From the IMG/VR virus record IMGVR_UViG_3300005264_000029, positions 64,001 through 125,063 of that record: a stretch of 61,063 nt of DNA. One strand, given 5' to 3'. The notes under the pieces are model-generated. The model was not told the DNA's origin and did not search any database. It saw only the letters and a list, made by a program, of their open reading frames with translations. The stretch comes from a virus (lineage: Duplodnaviria > Heunggongvirae > Uroviricota > Caudoviricetes). Position numbers and translations under genes: made by a program. This document shows, in pieces, positions 59,003-61,063 of the stretch; the first letter of the stretch is position 1; every line of letters begins with the position of its first letter.

Positions 59003-59539
59003 ATGGTAGTTATAGATTATATAGACGGTAGCAATAGGAGAATTTATTTACATTCAAGTACCGTCAATACTATCGTACACCCAATTGATATCTATAAGGA
59101 AATGAGAACACTAAGACGTACAGATGAAACTTTGAGAGAGTTTGATCTGTTTTTATCAGCACATGGAAATGAATCTAAGGGTGGTGGGAAGTTCACAGAG
59201 AGATTTGTTAAAGAGTTGTTAGGAACACGAATTATTCCTTATGATATAGATGGTGTTTTAACAATTAACGGAACTATTATTACAGATGATGGTCAAGAAG
59301 GAATAGCGTGTTTTGATAGAACTATATTATCACCAACTTCAACAGTTGATATTAATTATGTTCCACCACAAGTAGAGATTATAACAGTTGGTGGGGGAGG
59401 TGGAGTAACAGCCGAGGAAATAGCAATAGCTGTTTGGGAAAGAGATAAATCATCATATACTACAGGAACAACATTTGGAAGAGCATTAAAGGATACTGAG
59501 AAACATTCTAAAGAATCTAAAGAAATAAGTTTAATGTAG
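59003..59539 (+). CDS. probable structural protein, partial paralogue of 57492-58985
   Basis: shared RRTDE.LREFD motif. Confidence 0.65.
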   Translation: MVVIDYIDGSNRRIYLHSSTVNTIVHPIDIYKEMRTLRRTDETLREFDLFLSAHGNESKGGGKFTERFVKELLGTRIIPYDIDGVLTINGTIITDDGQEGIACFDRTILSPTSTVDINYVPPQVEIITVGGGGGVTAEEIAIAVWERDKSSYTTGTTFGRALKDTEKHSKESKEISLM

Positions 59540-59608
59540 TAGAAAGGTTTATAAATACTTAAATATTTATATATTATAATACATGTGAGATTGTATATTA
59601 TAATAAGA

Positions 59609-60394
59609 ATGGTTAATATTAAAAAGGTTATTTTAACAGGAGTTATAGGAGCATTGACTTTAGGTAGTTCATATGCGTTAACATTAAATGATACGACAGA
59701 GTTTGGTGGGGATGTTAGTGGGACATATGATTCAATATCGATAGATTATAGTAGTGTAAATGTTGGAGAATTGGTTAATGATGCTGGATATATCACATTA
59801 GTTGACGAAGAGGATCAAGTGTTTGTTGCATCGGCAGCATCAAACATCGCAAATGTCGATATCACTAATTGGAATAATGCTTTTTCATGGGGTGATTGGA
59901 CATCTGAAGGGTTTGCTTTAGAAGACAATGTTTATAATAAGACAGAAGCAGACGGTAAGTTTGCCTTAGTATCACAATTACACACACCTACAGTAGATAC
60001 TGATACAAATTTAAATGAATCAGAAGTAGATATAAAACAAAATGTATTATTAGGAAGTGAAGCTGTTTTTTCTTCATGGGATAAAAATTCATCAGATGAT
60101 TTCTCAGGAGATTATAATGATTTATCAAATCAACCAGTAATTCCAGTAGATACAGATACACAACTTAACGAAGCTCAAGTAGATGCTTTAGTAGGTAATA
60201 ATGGATTTGCTTTTATTAGTGCTGTTTATAATAAGACAGAAGCAGACGGTAAGTTTGCCTTAGTATCACAATTACACACACCTACAGTAGATACTGATAC
60301 AAATTTAAATGAATCAGAAGTAGATAATGTACCGTCATATACTTTTAGTATTCATATGACTGCAGGAGCTACATTAGATATAGAGAGTAAATAA
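59609..60394 (+). CDS. secreted fibre-like repeat protein; probable start ATG 59609
   Basis: signal peptide; duplicated VYNKTEADGKFA...DTNLNESEVD module. Confidence 0.7.
   Translation: MVNIKKVILTGVIGALTLGSSYALTLNDTTEFGGDVSGTYDSISIDYSSVNVGELVNDAGYITLVDEEDQVFVASAASNIANVDITNWNNAFSWGDWTSEGFALEDNVYNKTEADGKFALVSQLHTPTVDTDTNLNESEVDIKQNVLLGSEAVFSSWDKNSSDDFSGDYNDLSNQPVIPVDTDTQLNEAQVDALVGNNGFAFISAVYNKTEADGKFALVSQLHTPTVDTDTNLNESEVDNVPSYTFSIHMTAGATLDIESK
59929..60326 (+). repeat. 104-bp perfect direct repeat (59929-60032 and 60223-60326)
   Basis: identical sequence, offset 294 bp, in frame. Confidence 0.95.
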
Positions 60395-60396
60395 AA

Positions 60397-61063
60397 ATGA
60401 AGAAAATATTATCATTTTTATTTATATTTTTATTTAGTATTGGAGCAGCGTTTGCCTTACCATTTACTATAAACGGAAATATAAATTATCAATCATCTAA
60501 TACAGGAACAATAAAAATTGTCACTGATTTAGATACACAAGAAAAAGTATTTACAACATTATATGAATTTGCTATTACGGGAACACCTGGAAGTAATGTT
60601 CAAGTATATTATAATAATGAATTACAAACAACTGAAACTGTTCCAGCTCAAGCGGGAAATATAAATTATGATATTTATAAAGCGCAAGTAATATCATCGA
60701 GTGGTTCAGGTGGAGGAAGCAGTAATAAGTATGAAACTTTTTATATAAGTTCAGTACTTGATAAAGAACAAGAAATCGATAAACGACTAGAAACATTAAC
60801 AATAAAAGACGGATCAAAATATATTAAATTAGAAATAGATGTTACATTAGATTATATACAAGTAGACGGTGAAGAATTAACAGATGCTAAAAAACACTTG
60901 TTTATATTAGATGGAAAACAATATCAATTACGAATTATATCTGTTGTGAATAAAAAAGTGGTTGTTGAAGAAACAAATGAAACTGAGGTTGTTGAAGAAA
61001 CAAATGAAACTGAGGTTGTTGAAGAAACAAATGAAACTGAGGTTGTTGAAGAAACAAATGAAA
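60397..61063 (+). CDS. secreted protein, runs off the window end (missed by the ORF track)
   Basis: MKKILSFLFIFLFSIGAAFA signal; SSGSGGGSS linker; open to the end. Confidence 0.85.
   Translation, partial: MKKILSFLFIFLFSIGAAFALPFTINGNINYQSSNTGTIKIVTDLDTQEKVFTTLYEFAITGTPGSNVQVYYNNELQTTETVPAQAGNINYDIYKAQVISSSGSGGGSSNKYETFYISSVLDKEQEIDKRLETLTIKDGSKYIKLEIDVTLDYIQVDGEELTDAKKHLFILDGKQYQLRIISVVNKKVVVEETNETEVVEETNETEVVEETNETEVVEETNE
60961..61063 (+). repeat. 27-bp tandem repeat encoding VVEETNETE (about 4 copies, truncated)
   Basis: gttgttgaagaaacaaatgaaactgag. Confidence 0.95.

Noticed and set aside
739-60817. Numerous hydrophobic antisense ORFs in the track (e.g. 2323, 6783, 16722, 28246, 49156, 53998, 60575)
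   Set aside because: Shadow frames of AT-rich genes on the opposite strand, with no promoter, start context or motifs
1-61063. Stop-codon reassignment
   Set aside because: Long genes are intact under the standard code, and TAG, TGA and TAA all end well-defined genes

Overview
AT-rich (about 25-30% GC by eye) segment of a large archaeal virus or virus-like extrachromosomal element. The archaeal assignment rests on BRE+TATA promoters, PCNA, an RFC clamp loader, PolB, an aRF1-type release factor, CCA-less tRNAs and sequon-rich secreted proteins; a DPANN-like host is a guess. Genes read almost entirely on the minus strand from 1 to about 25.4 kb and on the plus strand from about 26 kb on, with a repeat-rich candidate origin at the switch. 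The left arm holds HNH genes, a P-loop ATPase broken by a split intein, an intein-bearing RtcB, and a 7-kb array of 21 canonical tRNAs plus 2 tRNA-like RNAs. That array is interleaved with three HNH genes, a TnpB and a release-factor gene; an intein-bearing SF2 helicase follows. The right arm holds a CoiA-like nuclease, primase-helicase plus primase, an orphan IscB-type omegaRNA, a nuclease-helicase fusion with an intein, PCNA, RFC, PolB broken by a split intein, and probable virion/adhesin genes. The top finding is that the ORF track shows only the second half of an aRF1/eRF1 homologue. The full gene (13358-12689) needs a +1 frameshift at TAT CTT TAG C, nearly identical to the autoregulatory TAT CTT TGA C site of bacterial RF2. 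Two split inteins with an endonuclease fused to the N-intein half are also notable. All family calls come from motif recognition, not database searches.
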